DNA of 64,000 bases from a bacterium (GTDB taxonomy: Bacteria > Patescibacteriota > Patescibacteriia > JACPHY01). The stretch lies in contig JAUSKG010000034.1 of the NCBI GenBank assembly GCA_030647005.1, positions 4,050-68,049 on the forward strand, read 5' to 3'. The translations under genes were made by a program, and so were the position numbers. Positions 46,601 to 55,688 of this stretch are shown piece after piece (position 1 is the stretch's first letter; each line of letters opens with the position of its first letter). The notes below the pieces were generated by a model. The model searched no databases, was not told where the DNA came from, and saw nothing but the letters and a program-made list of their open reading frames with translations.

Positions 46601-48618
46601 GCGTTGTCGTCTCGTGTCTCCTCGAGGAGTACCGCACCCGCATCGAGCGCGATGCGAAACTGCGTCGCGCCCGCCGGACGGTTGACGAGGTACGTCGCGA
46701 GCGGTTCATCGTGTGCAGTCGAGAACATGCGACCGGTGGTGTAGGACGCGACGGCGTGCGCGGAGCGTAGGGTGACCCGCTCGAACGGCGCAACGTGTTC
46801 CACCGCAATGGAGCGCGGCGCACCGAGGCGCCCACCCGCAGCGTCGAGCCACTGGAGCTCGATGGCAAACGGCGTCATGATGACGGTCGCGCTGGTGTTG
46901 TGGTACGAAAAGGTGAGCGCGCCATCGGCAATGGTGGGTGCGATGATCTGGAGATTGGGGAGTGCAAACGGGATCGCAAGCGTATTGTTCTCCTCGTTCG
47001 CCTCGGCAATCGCACCTCCTTCGTCAAGGACCATCTGGAGCAGGGTTGCATCCGCCGGACGATCGGCGAGAAACGCGCTCAGCAACAACGGCTCCGCGCG
47101 CTTGAACATGCGCCCACGCGTCCGCTCGACGGTCGTTGTTGCCGCGTCCACAAACGTGGAGGAGCCGGCAGCACTGCCGACGCGCACCATCGCAACGGCA
47201 TCCTGCACCGCACCCTCCGCGTTCACCCATTGGAACAGTACTTGGTACGCATCAGCAATCGTACCGCCGACGTTGCGGTACACCATCATCGCACGTTCCG
47301 GCGTGATGTCGTAGGACTCAGCAATGAGATCGGGCTGTGGTTCGGGTTCCGGCTCAGACACATCCTCTGGTGGTGGCGCAATCGGCTCGCCATCCTCAGG
47401 AGGGAGGAGCACGACGTCATCGGGCGTTTCCAAAAGAGGTGGCGACACCACAACCGGCACGTCTTCAGGCGCGGCAACGATCTCCGGCCCGCAGCTGCAA
47501 CAGAACAACCCATCGCTGCCATTGCGCGTCGTGATGGTGTGCAGGGTGCCACACGCCTGCGCACACTGATCGTAGGAGGTAAACTCGTCCGGTTCGCACG
47601 CAACGACGCACGCGTAGCACGTCGCCGCGGTCGTCGCGTCACGAACGCAACGCTCGTTCGCGTCACCGCACATTCCACCACAAGTATCATTGGTGAATCC
47701 CGGGCACGATGGTGCTTGTGGCACTTCCGATGGCGACACCGGAACGGGAGTGACGGTCGGCGTACCGCTTGCCGGACGCAATCGCGCAGCGACCCGTCCA
47801 AAAAAACCACGCGGCGGATCGGGAGCCGGCACGGCAACACCGACGAATGCCGGGGCTGCTGCTTCCACTCCCGGGGCCGCAACCGCATCGGGGACGGATG
47901 GTGCCGGAGCAAAAGCATCCTGTTCTGGCACGCCCGAGACAACAGGGATCGTGCGTTCGAGCACTCGCTCGGGAGCGGGTGTCACCACCGGCACCGCATC
48001 AACTCCACCACTCGATACGCGCGCAGGCGGAGCGAACGGAGCTGGCGTGGAGACGGGGACGGGAACCGGCGCGGGTGGCGCGGTCGCGGTGGGTGCGGAT
48101 TCCGGTTGCGCAAGAGCCGGTGTTGGCACGGATGCGAGACGATCGAGAATCTGTTCGGCGATGACCGAGCGATCCGCATCGCCGCCCTGTTCCGGTGCGG
48201 TGAGCTGCGCCGCGATGGACGTAAACACCCGGGTCTGCTGCGCGAGCTGCGTCGTCACCGCCGCATCAATCGCATCGGCGGTGCCATCCACTCCCGATAC
48301 ATCGGCCTGCTCCTGCGCGAGCTGCACATATCGCTGCGCGATCACCTGCACGACGAGCACACGCTCCGGTGCGCGCTCCGCGATCACCTGCGCCTCCTCC
48401 ACCTTCTCCTGTGCGTAGCGGAGCGCACGCGCGGCCTTCTTCTCCGGATTGATCGTCAGCGCGAGCGCGACGCGCTCGAACGTGAGATCGAAGAAATAAA
48501 AACGGCTCGCCGGCGTGAGGCCGGCAGCCGCGTGTGCTGCGCTCGGGACGAGCAATACGAACGCTGCGATGAACGTCAGCACTGCCTGTCGCGCGCGCAC
48601 GACGGTGAGCTTATCCAT
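40597..48618 (-). CDS. Giant secreted surface protein: signal peptide, DUF5667, Cys-rich module, ~15 CARDB, 2 PKD-like domains (2673 aa)
   Basis: PASRFYFFDLTFERVALAL; 15 PDL...E.xE.NN units; PVAHAGEDQ..LDGSRS.DADG PKD; (PE)n hinge. Confidence 0.88.
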   Translation of the reverse strand: MDKLTVVRARQAVLTFIAAFVLLVPSAAHAAAGLTPASRFYFFDLTFERVALALTINPEKKAARALRYAQEKVEEAQVIAERAPERVLVVQVIAQRYVQLAQEQADVSGVDGTADAIDAAVTTQLAQQTRVFTSIAAQLTAPEQGGDADRSVIAEQILDRLASVPTPALAQPESAPTATAPPAPVPVPVSTPAPFAPPARVSSGGVDAVPVVTPAPERVLERTIPVVSGVPEQDAFAPAPSVPDAVAAPGVEAAAPAFVGVAVPAPDPPRGFFGRVAARLRPASGTPTVTPVPVSPSEVPQAPSCPGFTNDTCGGMCGDANERCVRDATTAATCYACVVACEPDEFTSYDQCAQACGTLHTITTRNGSDGLFCCSCGPEIVAAPEDVPVVVSPPLLETPDDVVLLPPEDGEPIAPPPEDVSEPEPEPQPDLIAESYDITPERAMMVYRNVGGTIADAYQVLFQWVNAEGAVQDAVAMVRVGSAAGSSTFVDAATTTVERTRGRMFKRAEPLLLSAFLADRPADATLLQMVLDEGGAIAEANEENNTLAIPFALPNLQIIAPTIADGALTFSYHNTSATVIMTPFAIELQWLDAAGGRLGAPRSIAVEHVAPFERVTLRSAHAVASYTTGRMFSTAHDEPLATYLVNRPAGATQFRIALDAGAVLLEETRDDNAAVVHLPLPDLAITEAGFVGGDAGAFAARVSNIGTTRIGSAFHVAFQWLDGERQPLGSPRSIAYPALDAGATTGISSATSTVSYRSGLLRSMETQSLAAFLTDRPDGAAFLRVALDSAGTLDESDELNNIAVLDAPALPPPPPQPSALADLTIVGASLTADDLVFTVQNDGAGATDGARVRADIVWRTADRQATGQRYFVDLAPIVAGGRITLHARDVQVSYEFRGGWWGRTQVSTIALTEVLRMPPRDATHLHLTLDPDHVIRETNDGNNAVLLERPRADLRIADAHLVDASLTFAVVNDGPGITGGDVSVGLLWLDGSGTPIPGGERVLTMLPIAPGTSARMSAADTMLSFAYANHRPQPSSQSLAQFLQQRPSTATALRITADVTDAIPERDEEHNIVTLPLPLPDLQLVAAATGIEASGDTFRITIANRGAARATPATLTLQWVDAAGGVLGTPTVTRGTGFLSPGATEVRTLRYDGYGYDERSLALSPTGAAALRVTIDAGNAIAESSEENNSADVAARRKLADLVVRDVAVTRDGATFTVTNVGDAPAGDREGRIRIAVHFAGSYGRYWLDTAALASGASRTFTAATTTLTSPLWTATGLAQEQTPLAGLLADPPANASGLEITADPEHVLREHDEQNNTARAALVIVQQPDLEFGEPALGMDSFSATLWNKGKQDVQAFVWEFAWLDAEGTVVGASVRVDGPQLSSRSGRSIIIERGVGRAGELLASPPDAARTLRVTMDPDHAIAEKNEENNRVTFDRPDRSALPDLTITGVPKLFTNADGDIYGLDVRNVGEIASPVFFWSMQWADASGTLLGAPYIGRGDGLQKQFLHRYQLLFAYKDSGYGPEVQFFKDPPAGATQIRFTVDPAGKLTEADESNNTFDVPFAGAPLSDLKANLISVTDDERLIVNMQVEGTVPAPAYTWELAWLDASGARIAVPPYRQPHDAQRAGSFYAMMSDVGDRTGTPRPFGEYVLDPPTGAAGIELIVDPDNRIAEEREDNNRLTSDRWPLGVADLAIADAALTDAGLRLVVRNDGAVRTVGTSATIAWLDRDGTVLAEETRDFMGLSRGAAKDLGTIGWTGYYANFIAAPPVHAMQLRIVVDPKDAVTEANEQNNARVLTRPVVAPEPEPEPEPEPEPEPEPVTIGPDLVMVRVVASPAVPMTGQAVSFTATIRNSGSADVAATTAWLVVDLNNDGVPDAFPSTEALPTLAKAAEGTITWADAWEATSGNHAFEVCIDVNKEIAESDESNNCKQVTLTIARLPAETATRIASRARDTVGTILGALTGATQVGAAALPDLLLSSAAWEEDGTLAFVVRNDGDAEAPSSTLQLAWVDDRVVPLGAVRTLTLHALAAGDAKSLGTGLLSVTYRERFLLIFTRHRTENLAVFLAHPPAGATHLRIVADGDGRIAEQHELNNVATLPVPVASVQAEQPPLPNLRAVSATYADDARAVTVTVVNDGAAIGDIGVPLSYWFTWTDTLGLSVGAVRFWHDAPAQAFAPGDPQTITFAGDLGATFFPHRGSGAGQTFPQFLRTVPSGAVELLITVDGPNAIVEVNESDNDVTITIPEEAEGRIPEPAVPPREPTIVDEPELVTDVPEEPSSPKEAGVITPDIAPVAERTPVVRVAPLAVTATVDPASGPAPLSATYHAAITGGRKPYTVSWRFADGVVGASPTIQRRFDAGGLIAATVQVRDADGREAQARTTLAVFEPDRPVDLAILDLSVDESGALRIILTNRGGVISPAFTWRLQWRGGSGLPLGQHYLRTQDALEPDWRFQMTSAIPDTVGLPRPLGVYATTPPEGAAILELTVDPNDAIAELDELNNRAVLSAWRSMVGLNTMPVAHAGEDQTVRDDDGDGVVTVTLDGSRSRDADGSIARLRWRVGREYIGSGAQLEYAAPIGTTSVILEVVDNGGASAADTVQIIVEPSSPKTSDARETDVVAVADAPESVGITAIIPSAWADIARSLTLPRQLQGEPGWEGVNPSPTETHNATME

Positions 48619-48637
48619 AGCGTATTTTTCATCTCCA

Positions 48638-49468
48638 TCATAGCACACGCGAGAGAAGAGCGGCGATAATCGTGAGCATGCCGATGACGATGACGAACAC
48701 GCCGAGGTTCACGCGACGGGTGAACGCCATGAACGCGTGGATCGTCGCAATCCCGAACGCAAACGAGGTGAGGAGGCCCCAGAGCAGCGTCGCATCGAAC
48801 GGTGCGCCGTTGCGGAGCAGCACGAGGTTCCCCGCAAACACGATGGGGATGGACATGAGGAACGACAGGCGGAGCGCCTGCTGCCCATCGAACTTCCGGA
48901 GGAGGAGCGCCATGATCGTGAGGCCGGAGCGCGAGAGCCCGGGGAGCACCGCAAATCCCTGCATGACCCCGAGGAGCACCGTGTCGAACAGCGTGATCCG
49001 TTGACGCGGCACCGCCGCGGCCTGCCGCTTGCGCGCGGACAGGAGCATGGCGCCCGTGGCGATGAGGAACACCCCGATCGCACCCACGATCACCCGAATC
49101 GTCGCCGCGCCGCTCGTGGAGCCAATCACCTGGATCGCGCGGCCAAACCCCTCGAGGAGCACGAGCCCGAGCGCACCGGAGATGAGCGTTGTCCCGATGA
49201 GGAACCAGAGCAGGTCTCGAGACGCGCCTCGCTCCCGACGCGTAATGACACGCCCGAGCTCCCGCAGGAGCTCGCCGACATCCCGCCGGAAGTACACGAT
49301 GGCCGCAACCATCGTCCCAAAGTGGAGCATGAGTGCCACGTCAATGGACTCCCGCACATCCGTGTGGCCAAAGAGCACCGTGCGCGCGAGCACGATCATC
49401 CCGTCCGAGGAGATCGTGATCCACTCCGTCATTCCCTGAATGGCACCGAGCACGAGTGCTTCGAGCAT
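48638..49468 (-). CDS. uppP: Undecaprenyl-diphosphate phosphatase
   Basis: LGAIQGMTEWITISSDG, PGLSRSGLT, SFLMSIP. Confidence 0.93.
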   Translation of the reverse strand: MLEALVLGAIQGMTEWITISSDGMIVLARTVLFGHTDVRESIDVALMLHFGTMVAAIVYFRRDVGELLRELGRVITRRERGASRDLLWFLIGTTLISGALGLVLLEGFGRAIQVIGSTSGAATIRVIVGAIGVFLIATGAMLLSARKRQAAAVPRQRITLFDTVLLGVMQGFAVLPGLSRSGLTIMALLLRKFDGQQALRLSFLMSIPIVFAGNLVLLRNGAPFDATLLWGLLTSFAFGIATIHAFMAFTRRVNLGVFVIVIGMLTIIAALLSRVL

Positions 49469-49523
49469 AGGAATTCATCTGTAAGATTCCCTCGCGTTGT
49501 TTTACACGCTGCATCTCCCTCTC

Positions 49524-49670
49524 GTCATTTCGAGCGGAGTGAGCGCGCGGGCGAACGAAGCCGAGAAATCTCACGTTCTATGGGAAAACTTCACACCAGA
49601 GAGATCTCTCCGCTCTCTGTTGCGGAGCCTGCCCTGAGCGAGTCCGCGAGTCGAACGGGGTCGAGATGAC
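49524..49670. mobile_element. Family B palindromic element
   Basis: GTCATTTCGAGC...GTCGAGATGAC; relatives at 15272, 31394, 58326, 60833. Confidence 0.75.
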
Positions 49671-49833
49671 GAAACATATTGGATTAGGATATCCATCCTA
49701 CCACAGACGCTTGACAACCGGACGACAACCTGGTACCTTGCATGTAGCGATGCGCAGCGCGCATCGGCTGGAACTCGGCTCATTCCAACAGTGCTACCGC
49801 GATGCGGTGGCACAGAGCGAAAGGATGGAACCC

Positions 49834-51555
49834 ATGGCAGAGCCATGCAGGTACGCAGCACCCGATTCCTACACCGACCTCACGGAGGCCCTCCGCGAGC
49901 GCCCCTGGCGGCCGCCGCATGACGCACAGAGACGCGAGCGCCCCAGCGGACTCACGGAGTTCTTCGCGCGATTCGCAGACCCGCAGACGAGCGAAATCGA
50001 GTCGTGCGATCTCATCGAGCGCATTGACATCACCGCGGACGCTGCGGGGAGAAATCTCTCCACCATGACGGGACGCAACCTGCGCCTCGCCATCGTGGAG
50101 TTCCTCTGCGACATCGGCAGCGAACTACCGAACTCCAGGGAGTCGGGCCTGACGCGCGGGATCGCGCGCAAGACGCTCGCAACGCGCATTGCGCCGATCC
50201 TCGTGCAGGGGACGGAGCACCTCCAGACACTCGTGACGCTCGCTTCGTTCTACAGCGCGCAACCGTTTGCCGGGAGTGGCCGCGTGTACGTCTCGGAGCT
50301 CTCCGAACCGGAGCAGCGCATCGTCTGCGACATGCTCGAGCGTGCGTACGAAGAGCTGCGGCGGCACTACCGCCACCCCTCCTCGGATACAAACGTCGAG
50401 GCAGACGCTTTCCACGCCATGCGCTGGCTCAATACGCTCTTCTCCTCCCAGCGCTGGTGGGACTCCCTCGCGCATGTGCGCGCCATCGAGGCGGTCCCTG
50501 ACCTCTACAGCGCGGTGCAGAGCATCGCACGATACCACCTCCCGCCACTGCAGTTCCCGTGGTGGGAAGTCGAGCTGCTCCGTCGCAATGGCCAGCTCAC
50601 GGACCATGCGTTCATCGCGTCCCATCATGAAGACCTCCGTGATGACCTCGTTGCCCTCCTCATCGCAACCAGCCAATGCGAGGTCATCGGCAGGCTCGCT
50701 GCGATGCTCGTGTCCGATATAGAGGATGTGCACCCGGGCATCATCACCGGCACCGCGCCACCATCGGAGACGCCTCCGCGCATCGAATCGGGAGAGCACC
50801 CGCACGCGGTCGCCGAGCCGCCCGCACTCCTCCCGCCCACGTTCGAGGAACGCATGGCGCTCTGGACGGAAAACCTGCCGCCGCTCGTCACCGAGCTCCG
50901 CGCGCTCCTCGATGACGAGGCGTTCGCGCGATGCGTGAACTACGCTGTGGACGCTCGCTCGGGCTTTCGTCGCCACGAGCTCACCGCGCTCACGTCGCTG
51001 AAAATCATCGCGTGGTCCCGCCTGACGGACTACGCGTACGCATGGCCTGCGTTTCTCCGGCTCCTCCAGGAAGACGCATTGAACAACGACTTCTGGTACG
51101 ATGCGTGGAGGCTCAAGTGGCTCGATGTTGCGGGCTTCGCATCGCGCGTCACACTGAGCGAGGAGCGCCTCGCCTTCGCCGCCACGTTCCTCGCTTCGAC
51201 GCACAGCACGGCATCGCCACTGGACCTCCTCGCGACCTACGCGACGCTCACCGAAATCGTCGGGAAGGAGGAGCTCGACCGACGCGTGCCGGAAGTCGCT
51301 GCGGTTGTCGCCGCATCCTGGGACGACATCGCGGAAACGGTCCTGGCACTGGTGCCCGTGAGTTCTTTCGTCGCGGCGGGCAATGCCATGTGCGTGCAGC
51401 CCGCCGGCAGCACCGCCATCACCATCGCTCCCGCTGTCTGGACGGTGGTCCGAGAACAATACCAAAAGGCCCTCCATCCGAAACGCACGCTCGACCTCCT
51501 CCAAGCATCGGCCATCCTCCGGGCCGCCCACTACCTCACCGTGACGCGCACGTAG
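49834..51555 (+). CDS. Hypothetical protein, paralog 1 (RERPWR family)
   Basis: TTGACA-17-TACCTT promoter (49711-49739); terminator at 51570-51594; start may be 49825. Confidence 0.75.
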   Translation: MAEPCRYAAPDSYTDLTEALRERPWRPPHDAQRRERPSGLTEFFARFADPQTSEIESCDLIERIDITADAAGRNLSTMTGRNLRLAIVEFLCDIGSELPNSRESGLTRGIARKTLATRIAPILVQGTEHLQTLVTLASFYSAQPFAGSGRVYVSELSEPEQRIVCDMLERAYEELRRHYRHPSSDTNVEADAFHAMRWLNTLFSSQRWWDSLAHVRAIEAVPDLYSAVQSIARYHLPPLQFPWWEVELLRRNGQLTDHAFIASHHEDLRDDLVALLIATSQCEVIGRLAAMLVSDIEDVHPGIITGTAPPSETPPRIESGEHPHAVAEPPALLPPTFEERMALWTENLPPLVTELRALLDDEAFARCVNYAVDARSGFRRHELTALTSLKIIAWSRLTDYAYAWPAFLRLLQEDALNNDFWYDAWRLKWLDVAGFASRVTLSEERLAFAATFLASTHSTASPLDLLATYATLTEIVGKEELDRRVPEVAAVVAASWDDIAETVLALVPVSSFVAAGNAMCVQPAGSTAITIAPAVWTVVREQYQKALHPKRTLDLLQASAILRAAHYLTVTRT

Positions 51556-51775
51556 CGTCCCACACCCCCGCGCTCCGACATCACGTCGGAGCGCTTCTCA
51601 TTTGGACACGCAGCACTTGACGATACCGCGCCGTCGTGCTACGATCTCGCTGGTGATGCGCATGGGGCGCATCACACCGCACGCTGCCCAACGAGGGCCG
51701 CGCGCGGCGTTCATTGCACATGCTCCTAGGCACTGCCCGAGAACGGCGATGCGGAGAAGGAGCGAGGAGCGCACC

Positions 51776-53188
51776 ATGAGTACTCGAGTTGAGGGTTGGA
51801 TCGAAAAGGTACTACGCGAACGGCCGTGGCGCAATGCGCAGCAGGGTCGGCGCGCAGCTGGCGAGGGTCTCATATACCTGTTCAGCGAGTTCGCCGACTT
51901 CCGCACGTCGGGACATGCCGCGCGCGGACTCGTACAGGGCGTCGTACTCGCGACCGGCGAGCACGGGAGATGGGCGCGGCGCGACACACAGGAGGGTAGG
52001 GACGCTCGCGAAGCAATCATCGCGTTCCTCACGGACATCGGGTGCGAGAGTCCCCTGAAAGGACCGGAACATGATGAAGACGTGCGTCGGACGGCGCGCC
52101 TGACGCTCGCGAAGCACGTATGCCCGCTCATCGCCCGTCCGTCCGATGTTTTTGGGCAAGGACCGCAACCAGAGAACCTCGGGACGCTCACACGACTCGT
52201 CGCGTTCTACGGTGCACTCGCGTGCGAGGGAGGACTCCCGCGAGACGACGGTGGTTGGGGGCATGAGCTCACCGGCAAGAACCTCCGAAACGTCCTGGAG
52301 TGCCTCGAGCGCGTGTACCACGAGCTCCGCGAGCACCGGCGCGAAGACGTCCCCACGTCCCCTGCCGAATCTCGCGAGGTGATGCTTGCTTGCTGGGAAC
52401 TCGACGAGCTCCTCGTGGACCGCGCCTGCTGGGACATCCTCTCGCGCGTTCGTGCGGTGACCGCCGTTCCACTGCTGTACGCTGCACTCCTACGGCTCTC
52501 CTCCACGCCGGAGGACACGAGCACTCCCGTCCGAGTCGCGCCGTCGCTCCTATTCAACTGGTCCGATATCGAGCACCTCCGACACGACGGAATACTCAAG
52601 GACCGCAGTATCGCACAGACTTTGCGTGTGGTGCTCCACCACGACATCGTCGCGATCATGCAGGTGACCGGATCATCCCTCGATCCGGACGCCGACCAGC
52701 AGCTGCTCGCGCACCACGGTGACGTGCTCCGGGGTCTCCGGCAGCTCCTCCTCGAGCTCACCGCGACGTTCGTGCGCGAGATCGAGACCGCGTGCCCGGG
52801 CGTGCTCTCCGACATCGCGCCGCCACCCGAGGCGCCGGCCCGCAGCGATCCCCCAGAAATGGGGAGCGCCACGGGTGCGTGCGACGCCATCATCGAGCAG
52901 CTCAAGGATATGGTCCTGCGGCACACGCGCGACACCCGCGCGCTCAACACCGCGTTCCACCAGGGCGACCGCACCAACGAGGAGCTCCAAACGTGGTCGG
53001 ACCAGCTCAAAGAGCTCCGACTCACGGCGCAGACCCAGCTCAACACCCTACTCGAGCTCCCCTGGGGCGGCGAGCGCGCTCGCTACATCGCGTTTCTCCG
53101 TGAGCTCCCGGAAGAGATCCTCACGCAAGGTGCGAAGACCATGATCCGCGCGGACGACACCGCGCCACACGAAACGCCCGCAGGATGA
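51776..53188 (+). CDS. Hypothetical protein, paralog 2 (RERPWR family)
   Basis: TTGACG-17-TACGAT promoter (51617-51645), GAGGAG RBS, hairpin near 53228-53256. Confidence 0.75.
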   Translation: MSTRVEGWIEKVLRERPWRNAQQGRRAAGEGLIYLFSEFADFRTSGHAARGLVQGVVLATGEHGRWARRDTQEGRDAREAIIAFLTDIGCESPLKGPEHDEDVRRTARLTLAKHVCPLIARPSDVFGQGPQPENLGTLTRLVAFYGALACEGGLPRDDGGWGHELTGKNLRNVLECLERVYHELREHRREDVPTSPAESREVMLACWELDELLVDRACWDILSRVRAVTAVPLLYAALLRLSSTPEDTSTPVRVAPSLLFNWSDIEHLRHDGILKDRSIAQTLRVVLHHDIVAIMQVTGSSLDPDADQQLLAHHGDVLRGLRQLLLELTATFVREIETACPGVLSDIAPPPEAPARSDPPEMGSATGACDAIIEQLKDMVLRHTRDTRALNTAFHQGDRTNEELQTWSDQLKELRLTAQTQLNTLLELPWGGERARYIAFLRELPEEILTQGAKTMIRADDTAPHETPAG

Positions 53189-53368
53189 CCGGCCTCCTCC
53201 CGCGCTCCTGAACTCCCCTCACGATTGACGCCCCGATCCCAACGGATCGGGGCGTTCTCCATGACGGGGACGCACCTTGACCATCGCGCCCATCACTGAT
53301 ACGGTGGAACGTGGTGCGTCGAATGGCGCATCCGCGTTCGTTCACAACACAATCTGAGGAGGTGTACC

Positions 53369-54133
53369 GTGGAACGCGAGAGCAGAAAAGTATTCCTGGC
53401 GAGCGCACTCGGAGCGGGCGTCGGCTCGCTCGTGGCGCTCGAGGTACAGGTAGCACTCTGGTGGATCGGCATCATCGCGGGTGGCGCCGTCGGCTACCTC
53501 TCCTACGAGTGGCGCACCGTCGTCGCGACGGCACCGCGCGCGTGGCGCGACGCGAAGGCATGGAGGTCGCCCGCGGACTTCTGGGTCGTGTTCCCGCTCG
53601 CGATGCTCATCGGCACCTCGATGACGGCACTCCTCATCATGGGCATGGTGGGAATGCTGGCCGTAAGCAGCGTCATCTCCGGTGAACTTTCCTGGTGGAC
53701 GACACCCATGGGAACTGTTGATGGCGCGATCCGCACGATGGTCTGTGGCGCGATCCTGTCGTCCATCTTCGGGCTCATCATCGCACTTGACCCCGTCGCA
53801 AACCGCGATCACGAACTCCGCATCCTCCGAACACCGACGGCAAAAAGGATGCTCTGGTACGTATTCCCACCGATCTTCCTCTGCTACCACCTCCCAAAGT
53901 TCGTACTCCGTGAGTGCGCCGCTGCCGTCCGCTTCCTCGCGCGCTTCATCCGCGAGCTCTCCATCCGCATCTTCTCGGAGCGACGACTCACCTGCGGCGT
54001 GTGCGTGATGCTCGGCGCGGCCGCGGGGCACTTCTTCGGCTTCGTGCTCATCGGCGCGTTCGCCGGCGGCATCTTCGGCCTCGCAACCCACGAGCTCATC
54101 GCCCGTCGCGTGCTGCGGGTGAATGCTCGCTGA
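53369..54133 (+). CDS. Hypothetical integral membrane protein
   Basis: TTGACC-17-TACGGT promoter (53277-53305), GGAGG RBS, GTG start. Confidence 0.75.
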   Translation: MERESRKVFLASALGAGVGSLVALEVQVALWWIGIIAGGAVGYLSYEWRTVVATAPRAWRDAKAWRSPADFWVVFPLAMLIGTSMTALLIMGMVGMLAVSSVISGELSWWTTPMGTVDGAIRTMVCGAILSSIFGLIIALDPVANRDHELRILRTPTAKRMLWYVFPPIFLCYHLPKFVLRECAAAVRFLARFIRELSIRIFSERRLTCGVCVMLGAAAGHFFGFVLIGAFAGGIFGLATHELIARRVLRVNAR

Positions 54134-54164
54134 ACAACAACCACGGCAACGAGAGGAGCAATCC

Positions 54165-54893
54165 ATGATCCAAACGACAACCTCGCAGCAGATCATCGAG
54201 GAGAACGAGGAACGCCTGCTCGCGTGCATGCCGGAGGACGCACTTCTCGATGCAGTGAACAACTACCTCCTCCGAGAGCAAGCGCGGTACACGGAGGAGC
54301 GCGCGATGCCGATAACGGCCGCTCAACGGTACGTCCGAAAGCAACTCGAACCCGAGATCGTGGCGCGGTTCGGCGATGTCGGACGTGCGGCCATTCGGTA
54401 CATCGTGCAAGCCGTGGGCATGGTCGAACGGGGCCTTCAGCCCACGATCGTAGAGGTCATCGCCGAGAGCTCCCTCGCGCGAAAAGAAATCCTCCAGTCC
54501 TGGCTCGGCGTGCTCCACGCCATCGCGACGGAGACCCCCAACACGATCTCCGGAACCATCGGGCTCGACGCGCTCCTCTTTCCGGAAGGTGACGACACCG
54601 AACCGCTCAGCGGCCCGGTGCTCGGCGCGGCCCACGATGCGTACCCGCACGCGCACACCTGGCGCGCTGTGCTCCTCACGGCCACCCAGCACTGCACGCT
54701 CGACCACGAAGCTGTGCTGCGCGTCTGGCAACTGTTCGCGCACAACTGCACGGTCATGATCGCAGAACACGAGCAGCGCAACCCGCAGAGCGGCGGCTTC
54801 CTCCTCCATCGCACCACCACCCACGAGTACGCGCTGCGCTACCACGCGGAGCGCAGCCGCTGCGCCCTCCACTGGCGCGTCTACCGTCCCTGA
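54165..54893 (+). CDS. Hypothetical protein
   Basis: GAGGAG RBS; terminator at ~54900-54940. Confidence 0.7.
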   Translation: MIQTTTSQQIIEENEERLLACMPEDALLDAVNNYLLREQARYTEERAMPITAAQRYVRKQLEPEIVARFGDVGRAAIRYIVQAVGMVERGLQPTIVEVIAESSLARKEILQSWLGVLHAIATETPNTISGTIGLDALLFPEGDDTEPLSGPVLGAAHDAYPHAHTWRAVLLTATQHCTLDHEAVLRVWQLFAHNCTVMIAEHEQRNPQSGGFLLHRTTTHEYALRYHAERSRCALHWRVYRP

Positions 54894-55035
54894 ACACCCA
54901 AACGCCTCGCTGGCCCACCGGCCACCGAGGCGTTTTCCTTTGCGTGCAAACCGCCTACGCGACGTTTGACAAACGTCGCAGGATGTGGTATCGTGATGTC
55001 ATCATCATGCAACACGCACACTGGAAAGGAGGTGC

Positions 55036-55392
55036 ATGATGCCGTTCATCGAAGTACGAAACTGGCCGTGTCACAAGACGGAGGAATGGCAGATGAGCAT
55101 GGCAAACGCACTCCGCAGTGCAGCCGTGGAGGCTGCAGTGCCGGGCATCACGGCACCACATCTCGTCACGGTCACATTTGGCGGGAGCGCGCTGATGGCA
55201 CTGCCCGACAACCAGACGGTCGGCATCATCGTGGACTTCCTCTTCGAGAAACCGGATCGCACGAAGGACGTCCTCAACCGACTCGCGGAGTGCCTCCACA
55301 TCGCCGCACGAGAGTACTTCCGTGATAGCTGGCGGATCGAAGTCATCGTCCGCCCCTTCAACACCGAGACCGGCGCGTACCGCACCGACTAG
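55036..55392 (+). CDS. Tautomerase/MIF-superfamily-like protein
   Basis: N-terminal (M)PFIEV with potential Pro-1, two beta-alpha-beta-like units; promoter at 54966-54994. Confidence 0.6.
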   Translation: MMPFIEVRNWPCHKTEEWQMSMANALRSAAVEAAVPGITAPHLVTVTFGGSALMALPDNQTVGIIVDFLFEKPDRTKDVLNRLAECLHIAAREYFRDSWRIEVIVRPFNTETGAYRTD

Positions 55393-55476
55393 CTATCGGT
55401 GGCGCCACTCCACTCGCAACACGAAACGCCCGCGATCGCACCATGCGACTCGCGGGCGTTTTCCTTTCTGCAAAAA

Positions 55477-55563
55477 CGGAGGGGGAGGGATTCGAACCCT
55501 CGATACCCTTGCGGGTATACAGGTTTTCGAGACCTGCTCCTTCAACCTCTCGGACACCCCTCC
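55477..55563 (-). tRNA. tRNA-Ser(CGA)
   Basis: GGAGGGG/CCCCTCC acceptor, CTCGAAA loop, long variable arm ATACCC-GCAA-GGGTAT, TTCGAAT. Confidence 0.95.
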
Positions 55564-55688
55564 ATCCTTGGCGCTATCGCGCCAGCTTCGGTCACAGGAC
55601 AAGCATAGCGTAGCGCATTGCGTCGCGGGAATCAACTCATGGAGAGACCGTTGAAAAAGTCCGAACATGCACCATCTGCCTGTCCGAT

